From positions 3,975-67,974 of the forward strand of contig DASRWT010000033.1 of NCBI GenBank assembly GCA_035654455.1: DNA of 64,000 bases, in the 5' to 3' direction. The position numbers were made by a program, and so were the translations under genes. Source of the stretch: Candidatus Nitrosocosmicus sp. GTDB taxonomy: Bacteria > Methylomirabilota > Methylomirabilia > Rokubacteriales > CSP1-6. Below are positions 25,369-33,991 of the stretch, one piece after another (position 1 is the stretch's first letter; each line of letters begins with the position of its first letter). The notes beneath the pieces were generated by a model. The model worked only from the letters and a program-made list of their open reading frames with translations. It had not been told where the DNA came from and made no database searches.

Positions 25369-27150
25369 TCAGGTGGCGCGCTGCCAGAGGGCGAGATTCC
25401 AGAGATTGCCGTCCCAGGGTGAGATGGCCACCCCGCGCAGCCGGGAGGACACCGCGGTGGCCTCGTTGCGCCACACCAGCGGGATCACCACGCCCTCCCG
25501 CATCACCAGGTCATTCATCCGTATGAACAGCGCCGCCCGCTTGACGGGATCCATCTCGCGCTCCGCCGCGCGCCAGAGCCGGTCGTATTCCTCGTTGCGC
25601 CAGCGGCCGGTATTGCCCAGCGTCCACTTGTTCTCCCGCGCCGCGATCTGCCACGAGGTGAAGCGCTCCATGTAGAGCTGGGGATCCGGGCGTCCCATGA
25701 GGAGCTGGTACATCTGCAGATCCGCGAAGAAGTGCCGCACGGTATCCGGGTTGGCCTCGTCGGAGGAGAAGTAGGTGGCGGCCACCACGGACTTGAGCTC
25801 GAGCGCGATGCCGGCCCGCGCGCATGCCTGCTTCACGATGGCCTGGGTCTTCTGCCGGGGCGCGTTGATCGACGTCTGGAACACCAGGGTGAGCCGGCGC
25901 CCGTCCCGGGCGCGCACCCCGTCGGCGCCGCGGCGCCAGCCCGCCGACTCGAGGAGCTGATTGGCCCGCTCGGGGTTGAACTCCCACCGCGTGTTCGGCG
26001 ACCGGAAGCGCCCCGGCGCGACGAGGAAATTCGGCGTGGTCTGTCCCTGCCGGCCGTAGATCTCGGCCTGGATGGTCTCCCGGTCCACCAGCAGCGCGAG
26101 CGCCTGCCGGATCTCGGGGACGGACAGGACGGGGTGGCTGGACTTGGAGCTGGCGCGCTCGCCATCGACCTCGCGCCACGGGTCGGCGAAGTTGAGCTCG
26201 ATGAACTCCGTGCTGCTGCTGGGAGTGAAGACGATGCGGCCCTTGCCGCCTCCTTCGAGTCGCTTGAGGACGTCGTCCTCGACCTGCATGTTCCAGGCGA
26301 AGTCGTATTCGCCCGTCTGGAGCACCGCGCGGGCGGCGGAGGCGGCGTCCCCGCCGCCCTTCAGCTCGACCTGATCGAAGGCGGGGCGCCCGGCCACGTG
26401 ATAGCCGGGGTTGAGCTCGGCCCGGAGGGCGTCGCCGGGCCGGAAGTCGCCGTGCCGGTACGGCCCGGTGCCCACCGGCCGCAGGTTGGCGGGCGCCTCG
26501 CGTGAGGCCGCGCCGCGATACGACGCGAAGTGATGCCGCGGGAGGATCATCCCCGCGCCGCCGCAGAAGGGGCCGGCCCAGAACGGCGTGGGCTGCTTGA
26601 AGACGACCCGCACCGTCAGGTCGTCCACCTTCTCCACGTGCTCGAGGTCGCGGTAGTTCGAGATCGTGGTGGCGGCGGTGGCGGGGTCGGCGGCGTACTC
26701 CCAGTTGAACACCACGTCGTCGGCGGTGAAGGGCCGCCCGTCATGCCAGGTCACACCGCGCTTGAGCCGCCAGCGCACCCAGGTGCCATCGGGCGCGAGG
26801 CCGCCATTGTCGCGGCTGGGGATCTCGGCGGCCAGCTGGGGGACGAGGGTGCCGTCGGGATCGAAGGCGGCCAGCGGCTCGTAGTAGAGCCGGGCGGCAT
26901 GCACGTCCTTGACCCCGGTGGCGAGGTGCGGATTGAGGCTGGTCGGCGCCTGCCAGTAGAGCATCCGGAGCGCGCCCCCACCCCCGCGGCGCGCGGGCGC
27001 CTGCGCCGCCGCCCGCGGCACAGGCGGCAGGAGCTGGGCGGCGAGGGGCGCGGTGAGTCCGAGTCCCACGACCTCGCGGATGAAGCGCCGGCGGCTCAAC
27101 CGGCCGCGCGCCACCTCCCCGATGCGCTCGCGGAGGGTTGCCTCGTCCAT
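25369..27150 (-). CDS. ABC transporter substrate-binding protein, family 5, Tat signal; paralogue 3
   Basis: MDEATLRERIGEVARGRLSRRRFIREVVGLGL. Same family blocks as the other two (SINAPRQKTQAIVKQA, GGGDAASAARAVLQTGEYD). Lies 20 nt downstream of the PdxA-family gene with no promoter-like box. Confidence 0.9.
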   Translation of the reverse strand: MDEATLRERIGEVARGRLSRRRFIREVVGLGLTAPLAAQLLPPVPRAAAQAPARRGGGGALRMLYWQAPTSLNPHLATGVKDVHAARLYYEPLAAFDPDGTLVPQLAAEIPSRDNGGLAPDGTWVRWRLKRGVTWHDGRPFTADDVVFNWEYAADPATAATTISNYRDLEHVEKVDDLTVRVVFKQPTPFWAGPFCGGAGMILPRHHFASYRGAASREAPANLRPVGTGPYRHGDFRPGDALRAELNPGYHVAGRPAFDQVELKGGGDAASAARAVLQTGEYDFAWNMQVEDDVLKRLEGGGKGRIVFTPSSSTEFIELNFADPWREVDGERASSKSSHPVLSVPEIRQALALLVDRETIQAEIYGRQGQTTPNFLVAPGRFRSPNTRWEFNPERANQLLESAGWRRGADGVRARDGRRLTLVFQTSINAPRQKTQAIVKQACARAGIALELKSVVAATYFSSDEANPDTVRHFFADLQMYQLLMGRPDPQLYMERFTSWQIAARENKWTLGNTGRWRNEEYDRLWRAAEREMDPVKRAALFIRMNDLVMREGVVIPLVWRNEATAVSSRLRGVAISPWDGNLWNLALWQRAT

Positions 27151-27170
27151 GGACGGCGCGCCGGGCGCGC

Positions 27171-28208
27171 CTAGTCTCCCCGCGCGCCGAGCATGTGGGT
27201 GGCCACCGCGATGGCCTCGATCATGCTCTCGGGATTGGCGATGCCCTTCCAGGCGCGATCGAAGGCGGTGCCGTGGTCCACCGACACGCGCAGGAAGGGG
27301 AGGCCGACGGTGACGTTGACGCCGGACAGCCCCGTCCACGTGCCCGTGGCCTGATCGAACGTGAAGCCCAGCGTCTTCACCGGGACATGGCCCTGATCGT
27401 GGTACATGGCGACCACGATGTCGAACTCGCCGCCGCGCGCGCGGGAGAACAGCGTGTCGGCGGGCAACGGTCCGTACACGTCGAGGCCCTCGCGCCGCGC
27501 GGCCTCGATGGCGGGGATGATCTCGCGCCCCTCCTCGTCGCCGAACAGGCCGTCCTCGCCCGCATGCGGGTTGAGCCCGCACACCGCGATCTTCGGACGC
27601 GCCACGCCGAGAAAGTTCATGGTCTGCTGCGCGAGGCCGATCACGCGGCCCACGCGGTCGCGGGTGACCAGGTCGGGGACGCGGCGCAGCGACACGTGGG
27701 TGGTCACGTGGATGACGCGCAGCTCCTTGCCCATGAGGAGCATCGCGTAGTCGCGGGTGTCGGAGAGCTTGGCCAGGATCTCCGTATGGCCGGTGTGCTG
27801 GTGCCCGGCCGCGGCCAGCCCTTCCTTGTTGATCGGCGCGGTGACCATGGCGTCGATCGCGTGGCTCTGGCAGAGACGCACCGCCCGCTCGATGTACTCG
27901 TAGGCGGCCCGGCCCGCCTCGGCGCTGACCGCGCACCGCGGCAGGCTGCGCACGTCCACGTTCCCGAGGTCGAGGCATTCCAGCGTCCCGGCGGCGAAGC
28001 GGCACTCCGCGGGCGCCGTCACGCGGTGGAGCGTCAGCGGCGAGTGCAGGAGCTCGAGCGTGGCCGCCATCACGTCGCCGGACCCGATGACGACGGGACG
28101 ACAGGTGGAGGTCACGGCCGGCAGGGCCAGCGCCTTCGCAGTGATCTCGGGCCCCACGCCGGCCGGATCGCCCATGGTGATGCCCAGCAGCGGGATGCGC
28201 TCGCTCAT
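27171..28208 (-). CDS. PdxA-family NAD-dependent 4-hydroxy(threonate/threonine)-4-phosphate dehydrogenase (PdxA2-like)
   Basis: Real part of ORF 27171..29090. ITMGDPAGVGPEI, GHQHTGHTEIL, NPHAGEDG, HDQGH motifs. ATG 28208 overlaps the kinase stop (ATGA). Confidence 0.9.
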   Translation of the reverse strand: MSERIPLLGITMGDPAGVGPEITAKALALPAVTSTCRPVVIGSGDVMAATLELLHSPLTLHRVTAPAECRFAAGTLECLDLGNVDVRSLPRCAVSAEAGRAAYEYIERAVRLCQSHAIDAMVTAPINKEGLAAAGHQHTGHTEILAKLSDTRDYAMLLMGKELRVIHVTTHVSLRRVPDLVTRDRVGRVIGLAQQTMNFLGVARPKIAVCGLNPHAGEDGLFGDEEGREIIPAIEAARREGLDVYGPLPADTLFSRARGGEFDIVVAMYHDQGHVPVKTLGFTFDQATGTWTGLSGVNVTVGLPFLRVSVDHGTAFDRAWKGIANPESMIEAIAVATHMLGARGD

Positions 28209-29407
28209 GCGGCCCGTCCCTCCAGGAGGGTCAGAAAAAGATCCGGCGCGCCGAAGCCGCCTGCCTTCGCCAGCAGCGGCAGCGTGCCGTGGTCCGGCCG
28301 CGGAAACTTCCCGGCGGTGACGGCGCCCAGGGCGAGCCCGCTCGCGGGCGCGCCGAGCAGGTCGAGCCGCGTGGCCCCGAGCTCCTGGAGCACGTCGTAC
28401 GCGGTCTCGCCGCCGGTCACCGCGAGCACATCGGGCGCGGCCCGAGCGAGCACCCGCGCCGTGGCCGCGCCCAGCGCGCGGGAAACCTCGCGTGGCGCGA
28501 GGCGCGCTCCGGGAGCGCTGGCCAGAAAGCCGGGGCGCCCGCGCTCGAGCGCGCGCGCCACCGCCGAGATATCGAAGGCGGCGCCGCCGGCCTCGGCGCC
28601 GTCCAGGTACACGCCGACCGCGCCGGCCGCTTCGAGCGCGGCGAGCTGGGCGCGGCTCGCCGCGTGCACGCTGCCCACGACCCAGAGCCAGGCGCGACCG
28701 GGTGGGAGCGATACCACGGGGCGCGGGAAGCGGAGCGCGATGGCCACCGCCTGCCCGAGCCCCGCCGAGCCGGCGAGCAGCCAGGCCAGGGGCGGCACGG
28801 TGGCGCTGGCCAGCACGGCGAGATCCGCATCGGTCTCCGCGTCGGCCGCCACCAGCCCGCCCTCCGCCCGGCCGAGGGCCTCGCGTACGGACTGGGCGCC
28901 CGCGCGCACCGCGGCCAGTGGCAGCCGGTGGATGGCCCGCGCGGCGCCCTGGGCCAGGATGGCCGTCACCTCGGAGGTGCCACGCGGATAGTGGCGATCG
29001 GCCCCGATCGCGGTCTCGTGAGCCGGGACGCCGCCGACGCGGAGCACGCCATCGCGGACCACGCGGCCCTGCGCGGGGAAGGCGGAGCATACGAGCGCGC
29101 CGTCCCAGCCGCCCGTGTCCAGCAGCGCGGTGAGCTCGGCTCCCACCGGGCCCCGCAGCGTGGAGTCGATCTTCTTGAAGACGACACCCTCCCGCAGCCG
29201 CGAGCCAAGCCGCGCCGCGATGGCGCCCACGCGGTGGCCCGCGTCGTGAGCGGTGAGCGCGCGGCTCTCCGTGTCCACCGCCACCACGCCCGCGTCGCTG
29301 CGGGCGAGGCCGGGCTCGGCGATCACTCCCACGGGCGCCGGCCCGGCGAAGAGGCAGCCGGTGTCGCAGGCGCCGGTGAGGTCGTCCGCGATGATGGTGA
29401 GAGTCAT
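28205..29407 (-). CDS. four-carbon acid sugar kinase (DUF1537 family; DtnK/DenK/OtnK-like)
   Basis: MTLTIIADDLTGACDTG N-terminus, FKKIDSTLRG, and C-terminal VTGGETA...KAGGFG, as in DUF1537 kinases. Confidence 0.85.
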   Translation of the reverse strand: MTLTIIADDLTGACDTGCLFAGPAPVGVIAEPGLARSDAGVVAVDTESRALTAHDAGHRVGAIAARLGSRLREGVVFKKIDSTLRGPVGAELTALLDTGGWDGALVCSAFPAQGRVVRDGVLRVGGVPAHETAIGADRHYPRGTSEVTAILAQGAARAIHRLPLAAVRAGAQSVREALGRAEGGLVAADAETDADLAVLASATVPPLAWLLAGSAGLGQAVAIALRFPRPVVSLPPGRAWLWVVGSVHAASRAQLAALEAAGAVGVYLDGAEAGGAAFDISAVARALERGRPGFLASAPGARLAPREVSRALGAATARVLARAAPDVLAVTGGETAYDVLQELGATRLDLLGAPASGLALGAVTAGKFPRPDHGTLPLLAKAGGFGAPDLFLTLLEGRAA

Positions 29408-29476
29408 CCCCAGCAGCACCCTATCACAGACGGGGAGGGCGCCGGGCGCGCCGGAGGCCGCGTGTATACTGCCGTC

Positions 29477-30007
29477 GTGACACGCCCGATGCTGATTCTG
29501 GCCCTCGCGCTGGTGGCGGCGCCGGGCGTGTCCGCGCGCGCCGCGGATCCGGCGGCGCAGCTCGATCTGACCCGGCCCGCCCGGGCGCAGTCCGCCAAGC
29601 CCTTCGAGGTGCCGACACCCGACGGCGCCACCCTCACGCTCGCCGATTTTCGCGGCCGCGTGGTGCTCCTCAACTTCTGGGCGACGTGGTGCGGACCCTG
29701 CAAGGAAGAGATGCCGGCGATGGAGCGCCTCTACCAGAAGTTCCGCGAGCAGGGCCTGGTGGTGCTGGCCGTCTCCAACGACTCCGAGGGCTCCACCCGG
29801 AGCGTCGCGCGCTTCGTGAAGGAGAGCGGGTTCACGTTTCCGGTCGGGCTCGATCCGCGGCTGCGGGTGGCGAGTCTCTATGGGGTCCGCGTCTTGCCCG
29901 CCAGCCTGATCATCGACCGGAAGGGCAATATCACCCACATCGCGCTGGGGCCCCGGGAATGGGATCGTCCCGCCGCGCGCCAGCTCTTCGAGTCTCTGCT
30001 GAAATGA
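29477..30007 (+). CDS. TlpA-family thiol:disulfide oxidoreductase (periplasmic thioredoxin-like)
   Basis: Signal peptide (M)TRPMLILALALVAAPGVSARA, then WATWCGPC. GTG 29477 lies 6 nt after TATACT (29465-29470). ATG 29489 is the alternative start. Confidence 0.85.
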   Translation: MTRPMLILALALVAAPGVSARAADPAAQLDLTRPARAQSAKPFEVPTPDGATLTLADFRGRVVLLNFWATWCGPCKEEMPAMERLYQKFREQGLVVLAVSNDSEGSTRSVARFVKESGFTFPVGLDPRLRVASLYGVRVLPASLIIDRKGNITHIALGPREWDRPAARQLFESLLK

Positions 30008-30017
30008 TCGTGTCCAA

Positions 30018-30755
30018 ATGACTGATTCGGTTGGACTATCGGCGGCTGTCCTGGCCGGGATCCTGTCCTTTCTCTCGCCCTGCGTGCTCCCGCTCTTTCC
30101 GTCCTATCTCTCGTTCATCACCGGCATGTCGGTGGAGCGTCTCTCCGGCGAGGTCACCGCGGGCACGCGGGGGCGGGTGGTGCTGCACTCGCTGGCCTTC
30201 ATCGCGGGATTCACCGCGGTGTTCGTGAGCCTGGGCGTCTCCGTGAGCGCGGCCGGCCAGTTCCTCCTCGACTATCGGGACTGGATCCGCATCGCGGGCG
30301 GCATCCTCATCATCGTCTTCGGGCTCTACATCATGGGAATACTCCGGCTGGGCCTCTTCGGACGCTCGGCCCAGTTCCAGATCCAGCGGAAGCCCGCCGG
30401 CCTCATCGGATCCTTCCTGGTGGGGCTCACCTTCGCCATCGGCTGGACCCCATGCGTCGGTCCCATCCTGGGCTCCATCCTGACCCTCGCGAGCAGCGAC
30501 CGCACCGTGGGGCAGGGCACGACGCTCCTCCTCGCCTATTCGGCGGGCCTGGGCATCCCGTTCCTGCTCTTCTCGCTCGCGCTGGGCAGCTTCCTCGCAT
30601 TCTTCAAGCGCTATCGCCCGTTCATCCCCATCGTGGAGCGGGCGGCGGGAGTGCTGCTGGTGGCGGTGGGCGTGCTGGTGGTGTCCAACTACTACATCGT
30701 CCTGAACTCCTGGGCTCTGGGCCTCACGCCGGAATGGCTGCTGAAGCGGCTGTAG
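30018..30755 (+). CDS. ccdA: cytochrome c biogenesis protein CcdA (DsbD-type transmembrane thiol transfer)
   Basis: 245 aa, 6 TM segments. SPCVLPLFPSYLSF and GWTPCVGPILGSIL conserved-Cys motifs. Confidence 0.9.
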   Translation: MTDSVGLSAAVLAGILSFLSPCVLPLFPSYLSFITGMSVERLSGEVTAGTRGRVVLHSLAFIAGFTAVFVSLGVSVSAAGQFLLDYRDWIRIAGGILIIVFGLYIMGILRLGLFGRSAQFQIQRKPAGLIGSFLVGLTFAIGWTPCVGPILGSILTLASSDRTVGQGTTLLLAYSAGLGIPFLLFSLALGSFLAFFKRYRPFIPIVERAAGVLLVAVGVLVVSNYYIVLNSWALGLTPEWLLKRL

Positions 30756-30770
30756 GGTAGAGTGCCCGCC

Positions 30771-31673
30771 ATGCGCGTCCGCGTCCGCGTCCCCGCCACG
30801 TCGGCGAATCTGGGTCCGGGTTTCGACGTGCTGGGGCTGGCCCTGGCGCTGCACAACGAGATCGATGCCGAGGAGGCCGACGGCGTCTCGGTGGCCATCG
30901 AGGGCGAGGGCGCGGGCCGGCTCGAGACGGGCGCGCGCAACGTGGTCGCGCGCGCGGTGCGCATGGCCTTCGAGGCCGCCGGTCGCCCGTTCCGGGGCGT
31001 GGCCCTCCGCTGCGTGAATCGCATCCCGCCCAGCCGCGGCCTGGGCTCGAGCGCGGCGGCGTGGATGGGCGGGCTCGTGGCCGGCAATGCGCTGGCCGGC
31101 GGCGCCCTCTCGCCGGACACCCTGCTCGAGCTGGCCACGCGGGCCGAGGGCCATCCGGACAATGTGGCCGCCGCGCTCCTCGGCGGCCTCACCGTCTCGT
31201 GCGGCACCGGCGACCGAGTGGTCGCCCTGTCGCTGCCGGTGCCGCCCGCGATCCAGTGGGTGGTGCTGATCCCGGAGATCGAGGGCTCGACCAGGGAGGC
31301 CCGCGCGGTGCTGCCCGACTCGGTGTCGCGCGCGGACGCGGTCTTCAACCTCCAGCGCGTGGGCCTGCTGCTCGGCGCGCTCGCCGCGGGGCGGCTCGAT
31401 CTCCTTCCCGCCGCGCTCGATGATCGCCTGCACCAGCCGCAGCGCTGGCGCCTCTTCCCCTGGCTGCCCGCCGCGGTGGCGGCGGCGCGCGAAGCCGGTG
31501 CGCTGGGCTGCGTGCTCAGCGGCGCGGGGCCGTCGCTCCTGGCCCCCGTGGCGGGCCCCGGCGCGGCGGTGGCCGCCGCCATGGAGGCGGCGCTGCGCGA
31601 GAGCGGCACCGGCGGGCGCGCGGTGACGCTCGCGGTGGATGTCCGGGGCGCCACCTGCGAGCCCGTTGCTTGA
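30771..31673 (+). CDS. thrB: homoserine kinase
   Basis: MRVRVRVPATSANLGPGFDVLG and PPSRGLGSSAAA (GHMP kinase motif). ATG 30771 lies 7 nt after TAGAGT (30758-30763). The track start at 30762 is a GTG three codons upstream. Confidence 0.9.
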   Translation: MRVRVRVPATSANLGPGFDVLGLALALHNEIDAEEADGVSVAIEGEGAGRLETGARNVVARAVRMAFEAAGRPFRGVALRCVNRIPPSRGLGSSAAAWMGGLVAGNALAGGALSPDTLLELATRAEGHPDNVAAALLGGLTVSCGTGDRVVALSLPVPPAIQWVVLIPEIEGSTREARAVLPDSVSRADAVFNLQRVGLLLGALAAGRLDLLPAALDDRLHQPQRWRLFPWLPAAVAAAREAGALGCVLSGAGPSLLAPVAGPGAAVAAAMEAALRESGTGGRAVTLAVDVRGATCEPVA

Positions 31674-31750
31674 CTCCCTCTCGGGGGCGGCAGTACCATG
31701 ACCGTGATGAGACGCAATGGAGGCGCCGGCATGCGCGGGAGTGAGCGGCC

Positions 31751-32302
31751 GTGATCAAGAGCGATCGCTGGATCAAGCAGATGGCCCTCGAGAAGGGCAT
31801 GATCAAGCCGTTCGAGGACCGGCAGGTCCGCAAGGGCATGATCTCCTACGGCGTCTCCTCGTACGGCTACGACCTCCGGATCTCCGACGAGTTCAAGATC
31901 TTCACCAATATCAACAACACCCTCGTCGATCCCAAGGCGTTCGATCCCCGGTCCTTCGTGGATTTTCAGGGCGACGTCTGCATCATCCCCCCCAACTCAT
32001 TCGCGCTGGGACGTTCCGTGGAGTACTTCAAGATCCCCCGCAACGTCCTCACCATCTGCGTGGGGAAGTCCACCTATGCGCGCTGCGGTATCATCACCAA
32101 TGTGACGCCCTTCGAGCCGGAGTGGGAAGGCTTCGTGACGCTGGAGATCAGCAACACCACGCCGCTGCCCGCCAAGATCTACGCCAACGAGGGCATCGCC
32201 CAGGTGCTGTTCTTCGAGTCGGACGAGGCGTGCCTCACGTCGTACGCGGATCGGCAGGGGAAGTACCAGGGCCAGCAGGGGATCGTGCTCCCCACCGTCT
32301 AG
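31751..32302 (+). CDS. dcd: dCTP deaminase
   Basis: 183 aa. [25 protein letters not shown] and the [21 protein letters not shown] motifs of Dcd. GTG start. Confidence 0.9.
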   Translation: MIKSDRWIKQMALEKGMIKPFEDRQVRKGMISYGVSSYGYDLRISDEFKIFTNINNTLVDPKAFDPRSFVDFQGDVCIIPPNSFALGRSVEYFKIPRNVLTICVGKSTYARCGIITNVTPFEPEWEGFVTLEISNTTPLPAKIYANEGIAQVLFFESDEACLTSYADRQGKYQGQQGIVLPTV

Positions 32303-32345
32303 CCCGGGTTCCGGCCTCACCCGAGGAGGCCAGGAGGTAGGTCCC

Positions 32346-32546
32346 ATGGCAGAGCAGAAGAAGAAGGAAACGAGGCCGAGCAAGCCGGCGGAAGGCGACG
32401 AGTCCGGCGCGGGAAGCGGCGAGCTCGCCAAGAAGGGCAAGAAGCTGAAGGAAGACCTCGACAATCTCCTGGACGAGATCGACGATATCCTCGAGGAGAA
32501 CGCCGAGGAATTCGTGAAGAGCTACGTCCAGCGGGGAGGGGAGTAG
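32346..32546 (+). CDS. pup: prokaryotic ubiquitin-like protein Pup (C-terminal GGE)
   Basis: 66 aa. A disordered Lys/Glu/Gly-rich N-terminus, then DNLLDEIDDILEENAEEFVKSYVQRGGE. This nearly matches the mycobacterial Pup C-terminus as I recall it (DDLLDEIDDVLEENAEDFVRAYVQKGGQ). AGGAGG lies 8 nt upstream. Confidence 0.85.
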   Translation: MAEQKKKETRPSKPAEGDESGAGSGELAKKGKKLKEDLDNLLDEIDDILEENAEEFVKSYVQRGGE

Positions 32547-32548
32547 GG

Positions 32549-32770
32549 GTGCCGATCTACGAATACACGTGCCTGACCTGCGAGCGCGAGTTCGAGAAGC
32601 TGGTCACCGGCGGCGCCGCGGTGGCCTGTCCCGCGTGCGGGGCGGAGCGGGTGATGAAGCGGCTGTCGCTCTTCCGCGCGCGCACCGCGGTGTCCGCGGG
32701 ATCCGCGCCCTCGGGGGAAGCCGCGCCCATGGGTGGCGGGTGCTGCGGCGGGGGCTGCGGGTGTCACTAG
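32549..32770 (+). CDS. FmdB-family zinc-ribbon protein (CxxC_CxxC_SSSS type)
   Basis: MPIYEYTCLTCEREFE...CPACGAERV plus a Cys/Gly-rich tail GGGCCGGGCGCH. GTG start 2 nt after the pup stop, with [11 protein letters not shown]. Confidence 0.8.
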   Translation: MPIYEYTCLTCEREFEKLVTGGAAVACPACGAERVMKRLSLFRARTAVSAGSAPSGEAAPMGGGCCGGGCGCH

Positions 32771-32796
32771 CGATCGCGCGCCGGGCCGGCTAGTCC

Positions 32797-32822
32797 GGGG
32801 CCCCCGCGGGCCCCTTTTTTTC
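32797..32822 (+). terminator. canonical rho-independent terminator
   Basis: GGGGCCC-CCGC-GGGCCCC stem-loop followed directly by TTTTTTTCTTT. It is the only hairpin-plus-long-T-tract terminator I found in the window. Confidence 0.75.
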
Positions 32823-32838
32823 TTTCCGGGAGACGTCC

Positions 32839-33981
32839 ATGCCGAGGACCAGAGTCGAGCCGCGATACGCCATCGAGCACCTGTCCGTGCTGGACAGCGA
32901 TGGCAATCTCGACGAGGCCCTCGATCCCGCGCTCCCCGCCGATGATCTCCAGCGCCTCTACCGCGCCATGTTGCTGGGCCGGCGCCTGGACGAGCGGATG
33001 GTCCGGTTGCAGCGCCAGGGGCGCATCGGCACCTTCGCGCCGATCAAGGGGCAGGAAGCCGCCCAGCTGGGCAGCATTTTCGCGCTCCGGCCCACCGACT
33101 GGATGGTGCCCTCCTTCCGGGAGACGGCCGCCATGCTGTGGCGGGGCTGGCCCATCGAGAAGCTGCTCCTCCTCTACTCGGGATACCTGGAGGGCGGCCA
33201 GCCCGCACCCGACCAGCGAGACCTTCCGGTGTGCATCCCGGTGGCCACGCAGATGCCGCATGCGGTCGGCCTCGCCTACGGAGCCCAGTATCGTGGCGAC
33301 GACGCGGTGGTCATGGCTTACTGCGGCGACGGGGCCACCTCGGAGGGCGACTTCCACGAGGCGCTGAACTTCGCCGGCGTCTGGTCGGTGCCGATTGTCT
33401 TCGTGGTCCAGAACAACCAGTGGGCGATCTCGGTGCCGCTCAAGAAGCAAACGCACTCCGCCACCATCGCCCAGAAGGCCCTCGCCTATGGCTTTCCCGG
33501 CATCCAGGTGGACGGCAACGACGTGCTCGCCACCTATGCCGCCAGCCGGGACGCGGTGGCGCGCGCGCGGGCGGGCGAAGGCCCCACTCTGATCGAGTGC
33601 GTGACCTATCGCCTCGGCGTCCACACCACCGCGGACGATCCCACCAAGTACCGCTCGCAGGAGGAAGTGGCCGCCTGGGAGCGCAAGGATCCGCTCACCC
33701 GCTTCACCGCCTATCTCGAGAAGCGGAACATCGGGGTGGCCGGGGTGGAGGCGGACGTGGATGCCGAGATCGCCGCCGCGGTGGCCCGCTTCGAGAGCGC
33801 GGGCCCGCCGGATCCCCTCGTCATGTTCGACCACGCGTATGGCGCGCCTCCGCTCCAGCTCGAGGCCCAGCGCGCCGAGGTGGCGGCGCGGCTGGCTGCC
33901 GCCGCGCCCGCGCCCGCCGCCGACGGGGCCGCGCCGCCCGCCTCCGTGCCCATGCGCGGGCAGCGGACGACCAGGCGATAG
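32839..33981 (+). CDS. 2-oxoacid (pyruvate/branched-chain) dehydrogenase E1 component, alpha subunit
   Basis: 380 aa. The TPP motif GDGATSEGDFHEALNFA...VQNNQWAIS is typical of heterotetrameric E1 alpha. Confidence 0.9.
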   Translation: MPRTRVEPRYAIEHLSVLDSDGNLDEALDPALPADDLQRLYRAMLLGRRLDERMVRLQRQGRIGTFAPIKGQEAAQLGSIFALRPTDWMVPSFRETAAMLWRGWPIEKLLLLYSGYLEGGQPAPDQRDLPVCIPVATQMPHAVGLAYGAQYRGDDAVVMAYCGDGATSEGDFHEALNFAGVWSVPIVFVVQNNQWAISVPLKKQTHSATIAQKALAYGFPGIQVDGNDVLATYAASRDAVARARAGEGPTLIECVTYRLGVHTTADDPTKYRSQEEVAAWERKDPLTRFTAYLEKRNIGVAGVEADVDAEIAAAVARFESAGPPDPLVMFDHAYGAPPLQLEAQRAEVAARLAAAAPAPAADGAAPPASVPMRGQRTTRR

Positions 33982-33991
33982 CTGGGCAGCG

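Noticed and set aside
27151-27170. Tandem GGCGCGCC palindromes (GGCGCGCC-C-GGCGCGCC on the plus strand) between the PdxA-family gene and SBP paralogue 3, considered as an operator or repeat element
   Set aside because: It is a single occurrence in a 20-nt intercistronic spacer. It is fully explained as a small GC hairpin, and no other copies are in the window.
32549-32770. Cys/Gly-rich C-terminal tail (GGGCCGGGCGCH) of the zinc-ribbon protein, considered as a RiPP precursor core
   Set aside because: Such tails are, to my recollection, common in the FmdB/CxxC_CxxC_SSSS family. No maturation enzymes (cyclodehydratase, radical SAM, LanM and similar) are nearby.
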